Shown here: positions 18,730-32,797 of the stretch, in pieces | Position numbering within the stretch: position 1 is the stretch's first letter | Layout: each line of letters begins with the position of its first letter | Assembly (NCBI GenBank): GCA_903887775.1 | Contig: CAISRB010000016.1 | Coordinates: forward strand, 10,416-74,415 | Direction: 5' to 3' | Length of the DNA stretch: 64,000 nucleotides | From: an uncultured Bacteroidales bacterium | Lineage (GTDB): Bacteria; Bacteroidota; Bacteroidia; Bacteroidales; FEN-979 | Translations under genes and position numbers: made by a program | Notes under the pieces: model-generated | What the model was told of the DNA's origin: nothing | Database searches by the model: none | Seen by the model: only the letters and a program-made list of their open reading frames with translations

Positions 18730-19814
18730 CTAGCTTTTGTTAAAACAGACTTTCATTTCCATCCTTACCAAATTAATACAAACCTGCCCTTTTTCAAAGA
18801 AATCATAGCCAAGCATGCCGTCAATTGTGAATCCGAAGGCAGCCGACATATTGTCGAGATTTGTAATGATAGTTTGCATTTCGCTTATCTGGTGCCCGCC
18901 CATCGTAAAGTCATTAAGGGTTCCGTACAGGGCTTCTGTCGAAAGTCTCCCTGAACCGACAAGCCCCGACCGCCGGGTAATACTCACAGTGTTCATCACT
19001 TTTTTAGGAGTTCCCGAGCTTATCACATTAGATTCTGCCCCGGTGTCAAGACAGAAACTCAGGACCTTTCCACTGATTTGCGAAGTGACAAATAATACAT
19101 CCTGGTACATCTGAACCTTCTCGCTTATATCGGCTACAAACTCTTTTGAACCTGAACTGATCCTGTTACCGTTTTTATTGAGCCTGTACAAATGAAGTTC
19201 GTTATGGCTGATGTCTATCAGGATTTCCATATTTTTCAAAAGGCTGAACCCAAATAAACCGAGAATTTTAACACCCCTTCTGTTTTCGATATGGCCGAGG
19301 TCAGCCATATCGGCCATGATATTAGTATATGAAAGCCCTGAGATCCGGATCCCTTTGATCTTTGTCTGCCTCACTCCCGCGACGCTTCCTGTTATTCCAC
19401 CACTTTCTCCGGATTCGATACTCACATATTTTCTGAAATAAGTGTTATTGAGAACCAGTTTTGAAGAGCCGGTATCGAAAATAAAATTCCCCGTTTCATC
19501 ATCAATCCGTGCTTCGATGAGAAGCAGCCTTCCTGCACGTTTCAGGGGAATTGTTATTTCATCAGGCAAGCCAGACTGCCCAGGGCTGCTGCCGCTTATC
19601 GTAAAAGATATGGTGTTGTTGATCATGTAACACAAAGCCCCCGGCTTAGCTGTTTTCGAGCTGGTAAGAGAGAAAACTTCAGGGGAAGTCAGCATCAGGA
19701 ATATAAGCGCGATATATTTCACTTCAGATAAACTGATGATTCTTCTGCAAAATGCTTTGCTTGAAAAACCAGGGAGGCTTTTCAAAAATGCTTTGCAAAA
19801 TACGATGCCTTTCA

Positions 19815-19815
<1 letters not shown>
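18730..19815 (-). CDS. Two-domain retropepsin-like aspartyl protease
   Basis: Two catalytic motifs, FIFDTGSS and FCLDTGAE, each followed by a G(L/M)(F/L)G motif. Start uncertain. Confidence 0.8.
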
Positions 19816-22575
<2,760 letters not shown>

Positions 22576-22579
<4 letters not shown>

Positions 22580-23700
22580 ACAGAATATTTTTCGAAGGCT
22601 TTTATCAGGCAGGCTGCAATATAGTCAATCTTTTCTTCCTCCAGGCCTATGTAAGTAGGCAGGCTGATGCCTTCCCTTGCAATGGTTACGGTATTTTCGT
22701 TGTTTCCGTTGACGTACGACGGATCGCTGTACATCGGCATAAAATGAATTGGATAAAAGACAGGCCGGGTGTCGATGTTATCCCGGTTCAGCTCATTGAT
22801 CACGGCATCCCGGCTTTCGAAGCCCATTCCTTTCAGCCTGACCGTTACAAGCCAGTTTACGCTCCGGTTACCATGGGTTTCCTGGAACATTATGCCGTTA
22901 TGTGATGATAACTTTTCCTTGTAATGTCTGAGGATGGCATCTCTCGAAGCCAGAAGCGAATCGAGCTGTTCGAGCTGTGCCACACCCACTGCAGCCTGCA
23001 TATTGGTCATACGGTAGTTGAACCCCAGGTGGTCGTACCAGTATTTTTTCTTTCTGTTCATACCGTGATCCCTGAGGATCCTCATCTTTTCAGCAAGTTC
23101 ATCATCGTTTGTAATGCACATGCCGCCTTCTCCCGTGGTCATGATCTTATTTCCGAAGAAACTATAGCAGCCGACATGCCCGAAAGTCCCGATTTTTTTG
23201 CTTCCCAGCAAAGCTCCCGTAGCTTCAGCGCAGTCTTCTACGACAAGCAGCCCATACTCACGGGCGATCAGCATGATCTCATTCATCATGGACGGATTGC
23301 CGTAAAGGTGCACGGGAATAATGGCTTTCGTTGATGATGTGATCGCATGTATTATCTGCTCAGGACCCATGTTCCAGTCATCCGGATCCACATCTGTAAG
23401 CAGAGGATGAGCTTTGCAATACCTTACTGAATTTGAGGTGGCAATGAAAGTGAGATCGGGAACAATAACCTCATCGCCCTCATGGATGCCTGCGGCTGAC
23501 AAGGCAAGATGAAGGGCAATCGTCCCATTATGCGTTGCAATGGCATGTTTTACGCCATGGTATGATGCAAAGTCCCTTTCAAAACGGTCTATGTAGGGAC
23601 CTATGGAACTGATCCATCCTGATTCCACAGCATCCATCACATATTTTTTTTCATTACCCAGCAAAGAGGGTCTTGCTATAGGAATTCGTTGTCCACTCAT
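22576..23700 (-). CDS. DegT/DnrJ/EryC1/StrS PLP aminotransferase (perosamine synthase-like)
   Basis: GWISSIGPYI, NGTIALHLAL, EDCAEA, SFFGNKIMTTGEGGM and GFNYRMTNMQAA motifs. Confidence 0.9.
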
Positions 23701-23719
23701 ATTTCAATGCCTTTATCAA

Positions 23720-25279
23720 TCATCTTTTTTCAGGAAAGAATTCAGCGTTTCTGTATATATACACGGTTTTATTCCTGTTGATGGGATTAAGCCGGCGTAC
23801 AAGCCTGTCGATAAACCCCGGTTTTATAGTTGTTTCGTAAACCAAAAAAGGAAGATACTTTCTTGTCTGTTTTACCATAGGACTTATATCTGCATCGCCG
23901 GTGAACAACACAAACCTCGGGGCATACTTATTCCCGTTTTTGACCGAGTATGTAAGGATGCTGTCGAGGCTGCGGTCCCCGCTTTTTTCATTGCTCATGA
24001 CCGGCCATTGCCCAAGATAATATTTCGGGAACATTTCCGGGTTGTTTGACTCATCGATAGCGGTCATATAGTTTATTCCCGGGTATTTCGAAAGATACGT
24101 CATGCTTTCAGCCATTGATCTTTTCGAATATGTGAAGGTGAATACCAGTAAAACAATGGTATTAAGCACCCAGAAAAATATCCAGCATGAGCGCAGCAGG
24201 GCTTTATGTTTTTCCCAGTAAGCTGATTTTTCCCGGAATTCCATCCAGCCAATGCTGCCGATCATTATAAACAGTGGAATCATAGGTATAATAAACCTTT
24301 CCTGTTTATTCGGAACCCATGAATGGAACACAAAGAACAGCAGGATGGGCAGGAAGACCAGGAGATATTGTTTTGATTTGCGGATAAAGCCCCAGAAAAG
24401 GAAAATGCTTACCGGCGGGATCAGTAATCCGCCGAGGACTAAAAAGTAATCATACCAGGGCAGGACGATATAGTCGTTGATTTCCGTTAAACTCAGGGTG
24501 GCATATGTATATATCTCGATAAAGGGTTTGCCCCAGATCAGGAAGTCGATCCCCCCTTCAAATAAAATGAATGTCAGCAGGGAACCGGCAGTAAGGGAAA
24601 TCAACTGTTTGAATTTTCCCCGGAACAGCAGCCAGATACCCAGCCCTACCGGAAAAAATACGGCTTGCAGCCTGATGTCTGTAGCCAGGCCAAGGAAAAG
24701 CCCGGCAATAAACCAGTAGAATACAGGTTTAGTTTTATTCTCAGGCCTGACAATAAACCAGTACGCCAGGATGATGAGGGGCACACAGACCATTTCTACC
24801 AGGTTCCTTACGCTCATCCATGGCATGAACCAGAACAGGGCCAGAAGGATACCTGCATTTGTTGCCGGGCGTCTACCTCCGAGTGTTTCGGTGATCCTGT
24901 AACCGTAATAAACCGTGATGAGCGACCAGGTGCCAAGGAGCAGCCTCATAAAGAACATCTTTACCTGGGGATCATGAATATGAAGGAACTTCATGATGGT
25001 AAAGAACACGAAATTGATCCCTGGATAAAAGAAGTTGTGTGCTGTGGGTCCCGTATTCCCCTGGCTCCAGGGAAGCCAGTTATTGTAATCGTGGCCGTCG
25101 ACCCATGATTGGGCTGATTCAATCACAATATAATGATCGTCAAACATGCCCCAGCCTTTTGCGAAAATTGCAGCAAGAAGGCGGAAGAGTATGGCAAGAA
25201 CCATGATCAGCGGCAAGGGCTGATCATTCCAGATTCTGCGGATCTGTATGTTGTATTTGCTCAGGCCAGTTGGATCCAC
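23720..25279 (-). CDS. GT-C fold multi-TM glycosyltransferase (Alg9/PIG-B-like)
   Basis: DDH acidic motif after TM1, R.LVE and NKQERF (compare HKExRF); about 11 TM. Confidence 0.72.
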   Translation of the reverse strand: MDPTGLSKYNIQIRRIWNDQPLPLIMVLAILFRLLAAIFAKGWGMFDDHYIVIESAQSWVDGHDYNNWLPWSQGNTGPTAHNFFYPGINFVFFTIMKFLHIHDPQVKMFFMRLLLGTWSLITVYYGYRITETLGGRRPATNAGILLALFWFMPWMSVRNLVEMVCVPLIILAYWFIVRPENKTKPVFYWFIAGLFLGLATDIRLQAVFFPVGLGIWLLFRGKFKQLISLTAGSLLTFILFEGGIDFLIWGKPFIEIYTYATLSLTEINDYIVLPWYDYFLVLGGLLIPPVSIFLFWGFIRKSKQYLLVFLPILLFFVFHSWVPNKQERFIIPMIPLFIMIGSIGWMEFREKSAYWEKHKALLRSCWIFFWVLNTIVLLVFTFTYSKRSMAESMTYLSKYPGINYMTAIDESNNPEMFPKYYLGQWPVMSNEKSGDRSLDSILTYSVKNGNKYAPRFVLFTGDADISPMVKQTRKYLPFLVYETTIKPGFIDRLVRRLNPINRNKTVYIYRNAEFFPEKR

Positions 25280-26145
25280 TCGTAATAATAATAACCGAGT
25301 TCAATGGGGTTAATGCACATCACCGGGATCTGGGCTTCGTTGAACATCAGTTTTTCGTCCCAGGCCGACATACTGAAACCGGGAACATCGATATTGGGCC
25401 TGGTCATAATCATGATCATGTCGGCGTGATTGGCGGCAGCATAGGATAAAAGCTGCTTCGCATAGTCGCCTTTAGGCTCTGCATAAGTAACATCATGATT
25501 GATGTTTTCTTCATTGAAAGCATCGGAGATCTGCCTGGTGATTATTTTCAGGCGGCTGTTAAGCCCCTGGTCAGCTTCGACAGCCTGGAACATGTTGATC
25601 TTCGATTTGAAGAGAGTTGCGATCAGTTTCGCCCATTGAACGGCTTGCCTTGCTTCAAGATCATTCGAAACCGGCAGAACGATGTTTTCATAGCCCTGCT
25701 TGAACGATTTTTTCTGGACTACGATGACGGGCACAGGCGATTCGGAAACAACCCGGAGTGCATAACTGCCGAACACATGCTGAAGGCCTTTCTTCCCATG
25801 AGTCCCGAGGATCATAATATTGGCTTTGATCCTGACAGCCACTTCGGTAATGGTTGTGAAGATGCTGCCTTCTTCGGCAATAGTATCAACCTCTACTTCG
25901 TATTTTTTCTCGTAGTAGGACTTATATTCTTTAAGCCTTTTTTCCACGTAATCGTTCCCCACGTTCTTTTTTTTCAGAGCAGCTTTCGTTTCATTGTTGA
26001 TCACATGAAGGATCACTGCCTTGAATTTCAGAAAACGAGCAAGGTGGATACCGTGAATGACTGCATTTCCGCATACTTCGGAAAAATCGGTAGGGATCAG
26101 GATGATGTTGTTGTACTTGGTCTCTTTTGATTGTTTTGTTGCCAT
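25261..26145 (-). CDS. Tandem-domain universal stress protein
   Basis: ILIPTDFS, ILGTHGKKG..GSYALRVV..SPVPV and a second USP domain. Confidence 0.88.
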   Translation of the reverse strand: MATKQSKETKYNNIILIPTDFSEVCGNAVIHGIHLARFLKFKAVILHVINNETKAALKKKNVGNDYVEKRLKEYKSYYEKKYEVEVDTIAEEGSIFTTITEVAVRIKANIMILGTHGKKGLQHVFGSYALRVVSESPVPVIVVQKKSFKQGYENIVLPVSNDLEARQAVQWAKLIATLFKSKINMFQAVEADQGLNSRLKIITRQISDAFNEENINHDVTYAEPKGDYAKQLLSYAAANHADMIMIMTRPNIDVPGFSMSAWDEKLMFNEAQIPVMCINPIELGYYYYEWIQLA

Positions 26146-26717
26146 AAGGATGTTATTTCATTAAGATTATCTGATTTTTTCCGGTTCCGTAAAACGTTAG
26201 CCGACTTTGTAAAATACGAATGTTCACTAAGAAATCTGATCTGCAGATCGAGCCATTGGCTGAGGTTGGTTTGTTTTATCCCGAACATGTTCCATTCATG
26301 CTGCAATTCGAATGAGTGAATAAAAAAATCATCCCTGCCAAGGTAATCGAGGTCTGCATCGCATAACACCTGTTCTTCTATTACATAGGCTTTCTGCGGA
26401 AGGCGGGTTACCATGATCAGGCTTTTAATTATACTGATCTCTTCCGGGGTAAAGCCGAAATCGGGTAAATAGTAAGATGCAAGTTCGGCAGAAGCAGCTT
26501 CGTGATCTTTGTACCTGATAAGCATTCCCGAATCATGGTAAAGAGCGGCAATTTCTATCAGCCTGGCAGTTTGTCCGCGAATGCCTTCCAAATCGATCAG
26601 CCTTTGAGTGGCGGCATGGACATCGAGAGTGTGGCCCAGGCAATGATAGGTATACCCGGGAGGAAGCTTTTTTCGAAGCTCATCGATAATAAATGCTTTG
26701 GCTTTATCAAAATCCAT
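26097..26717 (-). CDS. HD-domain phosphohydrolase
   Basis: YH..GHT.DV, AALYHDSG, HE..S and LCDADLDYLG motifs. Confidence 0.88.
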   Translation of the reverse strand: MDFDKAKAFIIDELRKKLPPGYTYHCLGHTLDVHAATQRLIDLEGIRGQTARLIEIAALYHDSGMLIRYKDHEAASAELASYYLPDFGFTPEEISIIKSLIMVTRLPQKAYVIEEQVLCDADLDYLGRDDFFIHSFELQHEWNMFGIKQTNLSQWLDLQIRFLSEHSYFTKSANVLRNRKKSDNLNEITSLWQQNNQKRPSTTTSS

Positions 26718-26780
26718 AAAAACAGATCAGGACAATGAAATGTAAAAATAGCAAAAAAGGAAAAGAAAAAGGCGGGGAGG

Positions 26781-27431
26781 TCAGAAATTCTTCAGAAGGC
26801 TTATTGTCTGTTCAGGGTTGGAAGAAGTAAATATGGTATTCCCGGCAACCAGGATATCGGCTCCTTCACTCACAAGCAAGGGAGCATTATTAAGGTCAAC
26901 GCCACCATCGACCTCAATCATTGCGGCTGAGTTCTTCTTAAGGATAAGTTCTTTAAGTTCCCTTATTTTCAGATAGGTGTTCTCAATGAATTTCTGTCCT
27001 CCAAAACCGGGATTCACGCTCATCAGCAACACCATATCTGCATCATTGATGATATCGGTGAGCTGGCTGACCGGTGAATGAGGGTTCAGGACTACGCCGG
27101 CTTTCGCGCCTGAGCTTTTTATCAGGTAAACCGAACGGTGAAGATGAGTACAGGCTTCTGCATGAACACTGATGATATCTGCGCCCGCTTTTCTGAATCT
27201 TTCGATATAACGGTCGGGATCGACGATCATGAGGTGAACGTCGAAAGGTTTTATAGCCGCCTTTCTGATTTTTTCAATAACAGGGAGGCCGAAAGAAATA
27301 TTGGGAACAAAAACGCCATCCATCACATCCAGGTGAAACCAGTCGGCCTGGCTGCGGTTGATCATCTCGATGTCCTTCCCGAGGTTGAGGAAGTTGGCAG
27401 AGAGGAGAGATGGAGCAAGCAGATGGGACAT
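26781..27431 (-). CDS. rpe: Ribulose-phosphate 3-epimerase
   Basis: APSLLSANF, HLDVMDGVFVPN, MSVNPGFGGQ and EVDGGV motifs. Confidence 0.96.
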   Translation of the reverse strand: MSHLLAPSLLSANFLNLGKDIEMINRSQADWFHLDVMDGVFVPNISFGLPVIEKIRKAAIKPFDVHLMIVDPDRYIERFRKAGADIISVHAEACTHLHRSVYLIKSSGAKAGVVLNPHSPVSQLTDIINDADMVLLMSVNPGFGGQKFIENTYLKIRELKELILKKNSAAMIEVDGGVDLNNAPLLVSEGADILVAGNTIFTSSNPEQTISLLKNF

Positions 27432-27446
27432 TAGCAGAAGTTATTT

Positions 27447-27561
27447 GAATGTCGAATGTCGAACATTGAATGTCGAATTACGAACGAAACAAATATGGAT
27501 AATTTTATTCAACATTCGATATTCGTTATTCGGCATTCGTTATTTCGCTACTTCGCTACTT
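27447..27561. repeat. Inverted pair of heptamer arrays (GAATGTC-type x5, spacer, reverse-complement type x5) plus 2x AAGTAGCG on the minus strand
   Basis: gaatgtc gaatgtc gaacatt gaatgtc gaattac ... aacattc gatattc gttattc ggcattc gttattt cgctactt cgctactt. Fills the rpoD-rpe gap. Confidence 0.85.
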
Positions 27562-27564
27562 TTT

Positions 27565-28428
27565 TTACCCCAGGTAAGTCTTCAAAATCTTACTGCGTGA
27601 CGTATGTTTCAGCCTTCGGATGGCTTTTTCCTTGATCTGGCGAACCCGTTCGCGGGTAAGATCGAAACGTTCGCCGATCTCCTCAAGAGTCATCGGATGG
27701 CTGCCATTCAGTCCGAAATACAAGCGGATCACATCGGCTTCCCTCTGCGTAAGCGTTGAGACAGCGCGTTCTATCTCTTTTTTCAGGGATTCGTAAAGCA
27801 GTCCGTTGTCGGGTGTTGTGTTCTCTTCTCCTTTCAGAACATCGTACATGGTATTGTCTTCGTCCTGGATCAGGGGGGCATCCATTGAAACATGACGGCC
27901 GGAATTCCTGAGCGATTCCTTGACTTCGTTCTCGGAGATTTCCAGGAGATGGGCTATCTCATCGGAATTGGGTTCCCTCTCATACTGTTGTTCCAGCTGG
28001 GCGTATGCCTTGTTGATCTTGTTGATAGACCCGATTTTGTTAAGCGGAAGGCGTACTATCCTCGATTGTTCGGCAAGAGCCTGGAGGATTGACTGGCGTA
28101 TCCACCATACGGCATAGGAGATGAACTTAAAACCACGGGTTTCGTCAAACCTCTGGGCAGCTTTAATAAGACCCAGGTTCCCTTCGTTGATCAGGTCAGG
28201 AAGGCTGAGTCCCTGGTTTTGGTATTGTTTTGACACGGAAACCACAAAACGCAGATTCGCTTTTGTCAGTTTCTCCAGGGCAGCCTGGTCGCCCTGCTTG
28301 ATTCGCTGGGCAAGGGATACTTCTTCGTCGGCCGTGATCAGTTCAACTTTCCCGATTTCCTGGAGATACTTGTCTAATGACGCGGTTTCGCGGTTGGTAA
28401 CCTGTTTCGTGATTTTCAGCTGCCTCAT
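27565..28428 (-). CDS. rpoD: Primary RNA polymerase sigma factor (Bacteroidota short RpoD/SigA)
   Basis: [41 protein letters not shown] and [12 protein letters not shown]. 287 aa, lacking region 1.1. Confidence 0.95.
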   Translation of the reverse strand: MRQLKITKQVTNRETASLDKYLQEIGKVELITADEEVSLAQRIKQGDQAALEKLTKANLRFVVSVSKQYQNQGLSLPDLINEGNLGLIKAAQRFDETRGFKFISYAVWWIRQSILQALAEQSRIVRLPLNKIGSINKINKAYAQLEQQYEREPNSDEIAHLLEISENEVKESLRNSGRHVSMDAPLIQDEDNTMYDVLKGEENTTPDNGLLYESLKKEIERAVSTLTQREADVIRLYFGLNGSHPMTLEEIGERFDLTRERVRQIKEKAIRRLKHTSRSKILKTYLG

Positions 28429-28464
28429 GCGCGATTTCCTTTAATTTAACCTGGTGTGGTCAGT

Positions 28465-28492
28465 TTTACGAAAATTAGCCTTTAAAGTTACA
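28465..28492 (-). promoter_or_regulatory. Putative ECF promoter TGTAAC-N16-CGTAAA upstream of rpoD
   Basis: Minus strand reads tgtaac-tttaaaggctaatttt-cgtaaa, in the 67-bp gap between pnp and rpoD. Confidence 0.5.
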
Positions 28493-28495
28493 AAA

Positions 28496-30712
28496 TTATT
28501 GATTCGGAGGACGCCTTTGATCGGAACGGCGATCTGATCTGTGATCCGGCCTGGAGCCTCCATGGTGACTTTCTTTATTGTCGGTCATGCCTTCAGGTTT
28601 TGGCAGGAGTACCTTGCGCGAGAGTTTGAGTTTACCGGTCTTCGAATCAACTTCAATGAGTTTCACTTCGACTTCATCACCGATCTTCAGAGCATCTTCA
28701 ACTTTTTCAAGGCGTTTCCACTCGATCTCGGAGATATGCAGCAAACCATCCTGGTTCGGAAGGATTTCAATAAAAGCGCCGAAAGGCTGGATGTTCTTTA
28801 CTTTTCCTTTGTAGATCGCACCGACTTCGGGAACCGCTACAATGCGCTTGATCTTTTCCAGCACAGCATCCCTGGCGGCGATGTTATCGGCAACGATATC
28901 GATAACGCCGAATTCTCCTACTTCTTCGATAACGATCGTCGTGCCTGTTTCGCGCTGCATTTCCTGGATTACTTTTCCTCCGGGGCCTATGATAGCTCCG
29001 ATGAATTCACGCGGGATCTTTATCTGCGTAATGCGCGGGACGAACGGTTTGTAGTCTGCACGCGGCTCAGTAATCGTTTTGGCCATTTCGCCGAGGATGT
29101 GAAGCCTTCCCCGTTTTGCCTGGTCCAGGGCTTCTTTCAGTATCTCGTAAGAAAGACCGTCGACTTTGATGTCCATCTGGCAGGCAGTGATTCCGTCGAC
29201 AGTACCGCAAACCTTGAAGTCCATGTCGCCCAGGTGGTCTTCATCGCCCAGGATATCAGAAAGAACGGCATATTTACCGGTCTTTTTATCTGTGATGAGC
29301 CCCATCGCAATACCAGAAACCGGTTTTTTCAGCTTAACACCTGCATCCATCAGGGCAAGAGTGCCGGCACAAACGGTCGCCATTGAGGAAGAACCGTTGG
29401 ATTCAAGAATATCCGAAACGATACGTATCGTGTAAAGGTTATCACTGTCGGTGGGGATCATAGGTTTTAATGCCCGCAATGCAAGATTGCCGTGGCCGAT
29501 TTCCCTTCTGCCTATGCCGCGTATGGGTTTCACTTCCCTGGTTGCAAAAGGAGGAAAGTTGTAATGAAGCATGAAGTTTGCTTTACCGTCAATAACTGCG
29601 CCATCGACTACCTGCTCATCCAGTTTCGTTCCCAGGGTGACAGAAGTCAGGGATTGGGTTTCGCCTCGTGTGAATATTGCTGAACCGTGGGCTGCAGGGA
29701 GGTAATCCACCGAACTCCAGATTGGACGTATCTGGTCAAGTTTGCGGCCATCGACACGGATACGTGCGTCGAGGGTTGCGTTCCGGATGGCTTCCTTCTC
29801 TATGCTGTGGAAGTAACGGCCGGTCATCGGGGTGAACTTCACTTTTTCTTCGTCGGTGAGGGTTGCAAGAAATTCTGATTTTATCGTTTCAAGAATCGTC
29901 TTGCGCTCATGTTTGTCGGCAACCCCTTTTGCTGCCATCGCGTATATTTTGCTATAGCAGGCTGCATGCATTTTCTGCATGTATCCTTCATCATTGACCT
30001 CGTGGCAATATGCGCGCTTTACTTTCGATTGTTCAACCTGAGAGGCCAGATCAGCCTGAGCCAGGCATTGTACTTTAATCGCTTCGTGGGCAAAACGCAG
30101 GGCTTCTATCATGTCGGTTTCCGAAACTTCTTTCATCTCACCTTCAACCATCATGATGTTGTCGATGGTAGCGCCGACCATAATGTCGATATCTGCGTTG
30201 GCAAGGTCAGATATGTTCGGATTAACTACGAACTGGCCGTTTATGCGTGCAACACGGACTTCCGAGATCGGTCCGAGGAATGGTATATCGCTGACTGCCA
30301 GGGCAGAAGAAGCTGCAAGGCCGGCTAATGCATCAGGCATAATATTTCTGTCGGCTGAGATCAGGGTGATAATAACCTGAACCTCAGCATGGAAATCTTC
30401 AGGAAAGAGGGGCCTGAGAACGCGGTCGACCAGGCGGGCGATAAGCACTTCATGGTCGGAGGGCCTGGTTTCGCGTTTGAAAAAGCCGCCCGGAAAACGA
30501 CCGGCTGCAGCATATTTTTCGCGGTATTCAACAGAAAGTGGCATGAAATCAATATTCTCGCCGGCTTCCTGTCTGGCAACCACCGTAGCCAGCAACATGG
30601 TATCGCCCAGCTTGACAACAACAGAACCGTCGGCCTGCTTTGCAAGACGTCCGGTTTCAATACTTACCTCTCGGCCGTCGGGAAGCTGGAAAGTTTTTAA
30701 AATAGGGTTCAT
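28496..30712 (-). CDS. pnp: Polyribonucleotide nucleotidyltransferase
   Basis: Two RNase PH domains ([23 protein letters not shown]), then KH and S1. Confidence 0.97.
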   Translation of the reverse strand: MNPILKTFQLPDGREVSIETGRLAKQADGSVVVKLGDTMLLATVVARQEAGENIDFMPLSVEYREKYAAAGRFPGGFFKRETRPSDHEVLIARLVDRVLRPLFPEDFHAEVQVIITLISADRNIMPDALAGLAASSALAVSDIPFLGPISEVRVARINGQFVVNPNISDLANADIDIMVGATIDNIMMVEGEMKEVSETDMIEALRFAHEAIKVQCLAQADLASQVEQSKVKRAYCHEVNDEGYMQKMHAACYSKIYAMAAKGVADKHERKTILETIKSEFLATLTDEEKVKFTPMTGRYFHSIEKEAIRNATLDARIRVDGRKLDQIRPIWSSVDYLPAAHGSAIFTRGETQSLTSVTLGTKLDEQVVDGAVIDGKANFMLHYNFPPFATREVKPIRGIGRREIGHGNLALRALKPMIPTDSDNLYTIRIVSDILESNGSSSMATVCAGTLALMDAGVKLKKPVSGIAMGLITDKKTGKYAVLSDILGDEDHLGDMDFKVCGTVDGITACQMDIKVDGLSYEILKEALDQAKRGRLHILGEMAKTITEPRADYKPFVPRITQIKIPREFIGAIIGPGGKVIQEMQRETGTTIVIEEVGEFGVIDIVADNIAARDAVLEKIKRIVAVPEVGAIYKGKVKNIQPFGAFIEILPNQDGLLHISEIEWKRLEKVEDALKIGDEVEVKLIEVDSKTGKLKLSRKVLLPKPEGMTDNKESHHGGSRPDHRSDRRSDQRRPPNQ

Positions 30713-30803
30713 TTGAGATAATTCTTATTTGTATAGGCCCGGATTTTTTGGATTAATAAAAGAAGCTGCAAGCCCGGGATGAAATTCTTACAGTCTTTCA
30801 GAC

Positions 30804-30839
30804 AGTAAAAGAGGCAATTATCGAATTGCCTCTTTTACT
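30804..30839 (-). terminator. Hairpin downstream of rpsO (terminator or processing stem)
   Basis: Perfect 16-bp inverted repeat AGTAAAAGAGGCAATT-atcg-AATTGCCTCTTTTACT, 18 nt after the rpsO stop. Confidence 0.75.
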
Positions 30840-30857
30840 ATTCCGTAACGGGGTAAT

Positions 30858-31127
30858 TTACTTACGGATATTCAATTTCTTGATGATAGCCCTGTAACGG
30901 CTGATCTCTTTTTGCTTCAGGTAATCGAGCAAACGGCGACGCTTTCCAACCATGCTTACCAGTGATTTCTCAGTGGCCATGTCTTTTTTGTTCACTTTCA
31001 GGTGTTCGGTAAGATGCTGGATCTTCATCGTAAACAAGGCGATCTGTGCCTCAGCTGAACCCGTATCAAACTCAGATTTTCCGTGCTCCTTAAATGCATT
31101 CTTTTTTACTTCAGGTGCTAAATTCAT
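30858..31127 (-). CDS. rpsO: 30S ribosomal protein S15
   Basis: DTGSAEAQIALFT..I.HLTEHLK..KKD, 89 aa from ATG 31127. -7 box TAATTTTG at 31178-31185. Confidence 0.97.
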   Translation of the reverse strand: MNLAPEVKKNAFKEHGKSEFDTGSAEAQIALFTMKIQHLTEHLKVNKKDMATEKSLVSMVGKRRRLLDYLKQKEISRYRAIIKKLNIRK

Positions 31128-31263
31128 TTTCTGACAACTTAATTTAACGTATTTTTTAGGGTAGTAAAATCGGGCTGCAAAATTACATCTTTCTTTGGGA
31201 TTTACCAAATGTTTTGCAGAATTTAACCATTTTTTTCAGGCAATCAAAATATTGTACCTTTGA

Positions 31264-31367
31264 ATGAGCCATTAGCCATGAGCCATGAGCCATAAGCGGA
31301 TCACTTAATCACAGTTTCAATCAACCATTCATTCAATCGAACAATCAATTAATCAATCAATCAATCG
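31264..31367 (+). repeat. ATGAGCC heptamer array x5, followed by a (CAAT)n-rich tract, in the leader of the aldehyde dehydrogenase gene
   Basis: Starts right after the TACCTTTG -7 box (31255-31262) and runs to the ATG at 31368. Confidence 0.8.
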
Positions 31368-32741
31368 ATGAACGACTTATCCCAGCAACTCCGGAATCAA
31401 CGGGATTTCTTTTTTACCCATACGACAAAAGCCCTGGAATTCAGGATTGAGCAGTTAAAGACGCTGAAGAAAGCAATACTTGCCTATGAGGAGCGGTTGT
31501 ACGAAGCATTCTGGAAGGATCTGAGAAAGTCAAGATTTGAGACTTACGAAACCGAACTGGGACTTGTACTTGAAGAGACAGGAAGGCATATAAGAAATCT
31601 TCACCACTGGGCAAAACCAGAGAAGGCGGGCACGAACCAGCTGCTTCACTTCTGGTCGAAGAGCAGGATTGTAAAAGAACCTTATGGACTGGTCCTGATC
31701 ATGGCTCCCTGGAATTATCCTTTTCAGCTTTTGATCAATCCCCTCGTAGGGGCCATTTCGGCGGGAAATTGTGTCGTCCTTAAACCTTCCGAGTTCACAC
31801 CGAACATTGCCGGGGTTATGGCCGATATGATAGGCGAATTCTTCGACCCACGCTACATTTCATTATATAACGGTGAGATTGAACTGAGCAAGGCGTTGCT
31901 GCAGGAGAAATGGGATCATATTTTCTTTACAGGCAGCCCTGCCGTGGGGAGGATAGTCATGGAATCGGCATCTAAAAACCTTACTCCGCTCGTGCTTGAA
32001 CTTGGAGGTAAAAGTCCCTGCATCGTGGATGCCGATGCAAACCTGAAAGTGGCTGCAAGCCGGATCACCTGGGGTAAATTCCTGAATGCCGGCCAAACCT
32101 GTATAGCCCCCGATTACCTCTTTGTTCATGCCTCTGTAAAAGATGAGCTTTTACAATTAATGAGTAAAAAAATTACCCGGTATTTCGGATCAATTCCAAA
32201 GGAAAGTGATGATTTCCCCAGGATTGTAAGCGAGGACAAAACTCAGCGGCTTGCTGCTTTCCTGGGTGGTGGAACAGTCATTGCCGGAGGACAGGTCGAT
32301 ATTAAAGACCGTTATATTTCGCCTACTATTCTTGACAACGTAAAGCCCGGGGATGCTATAATGCAGGAAGAGATCTTCGGTCCGATACTGCCGGTCATCA
32401 AATTCATTGATATCAGCGAAGTGATCACATATATCAATTCTCATCAGAAGCCCCTGGCTCTTTATTATTTTTCCGAAGACAGTGTCAAACAGGATGAAAT
32501 TCTTCGGAAGACCTCTTCCGGCGGAGTATGCATCAATGATGTTATTACCCATGTTGCCAATCCAAACATACCATTCGGAGGAGTCGGGAATTCCGGTATG
32601 GGGAGATACCATGGCCGGTTCAGTTTTGAGGCGTTTTCACATCAGCGGTCGGTGATCAGCAAATCGACAAGGATAGATGTTCCCGTAAGGTATCCGCCAT
32701 ACAGGGGTAAACTGGGGATATTGAAAATGTTATTAAGATAA
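31368..32741 (+). CDS. Aldehyde dehydrogenase (ALDH3/YwdH-like)
   Basis: PWNYP, FTGSP.VG, LELGGKSP, NAGQTCIAPDY and EEIFGP motifs. Confidence 0.93.
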   Translation: MNDLSQQLRNQRDFFFTHTTKALEFRIEQLKTLKKAILAYEERLYEAFWKDLRKSRFETYETELGLVLEETGRHIRNLHHWAKPEKAGTNQLLHFWSKSRIVKEPYGLVLIMAPWNYPFQLLINPLVGAISAGNCVVLKPSEFTPNIAGVMADMIGEFFDPRYISLYNGEIELSKALLQEKWDHIFFTGSPAVGRIVMESASKNLTPLVLELGGKSPCIVDADANLKVAASRITWGKFLNAGQTCIAPDYLFVHASVKDELLQLMSKKITRYFGSIPKESDDFPRIVSEDKTQRLAAFLGGGTVIAGGQVDIKDRYISPTILDNVKPGDAIMQEEIFGPILPVIKFIDISEVITYINSHQKPLALYYFSEDSVKQDEILRKTSSGGVCINDVITHVANPNIPFGGVGNSGMGRYHGRFSFEAFSHQRSVISKSTRIDVPVRYPPYRGKLGILKMLLR

Positions 32742-32751
32742 GTTGTTTTAA

Positions 32752-32779
32752 TGTAACGTCAGGGCAGCGTTTTCGTCAA
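32752..32779 (+). promoter_or_regulatory. Putative ECF promoter TGTAAC-N16-CGTCAA
   Basis: Near-canonical ECF consensus, 18 nt upstream of ATG 32798. Confidence 0.6.
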
Positions 32780-32797
32780 AAGAAATAAAGAAAACCA

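Noticed and set aside
28541-29386. 281-aa antisense ORF, and many other shadow ORFs (e.g. 25495-26130, 8712-9278, 12352-12894)
   Set aside because: They lie opposite well-conserved genes (pnp, usp, arcC, hydG) and have no recognisable motifs.
30858-31208. Extended N-termini in the ORF track (rpsO 31208, arcC 8328, recR 38529, hydG 13029, TPR 36133)
   Set aside because: The extensions overlap TAnnTTTG promoter boxes or neighbouring genes, and downstream starts match the expected family lengths.
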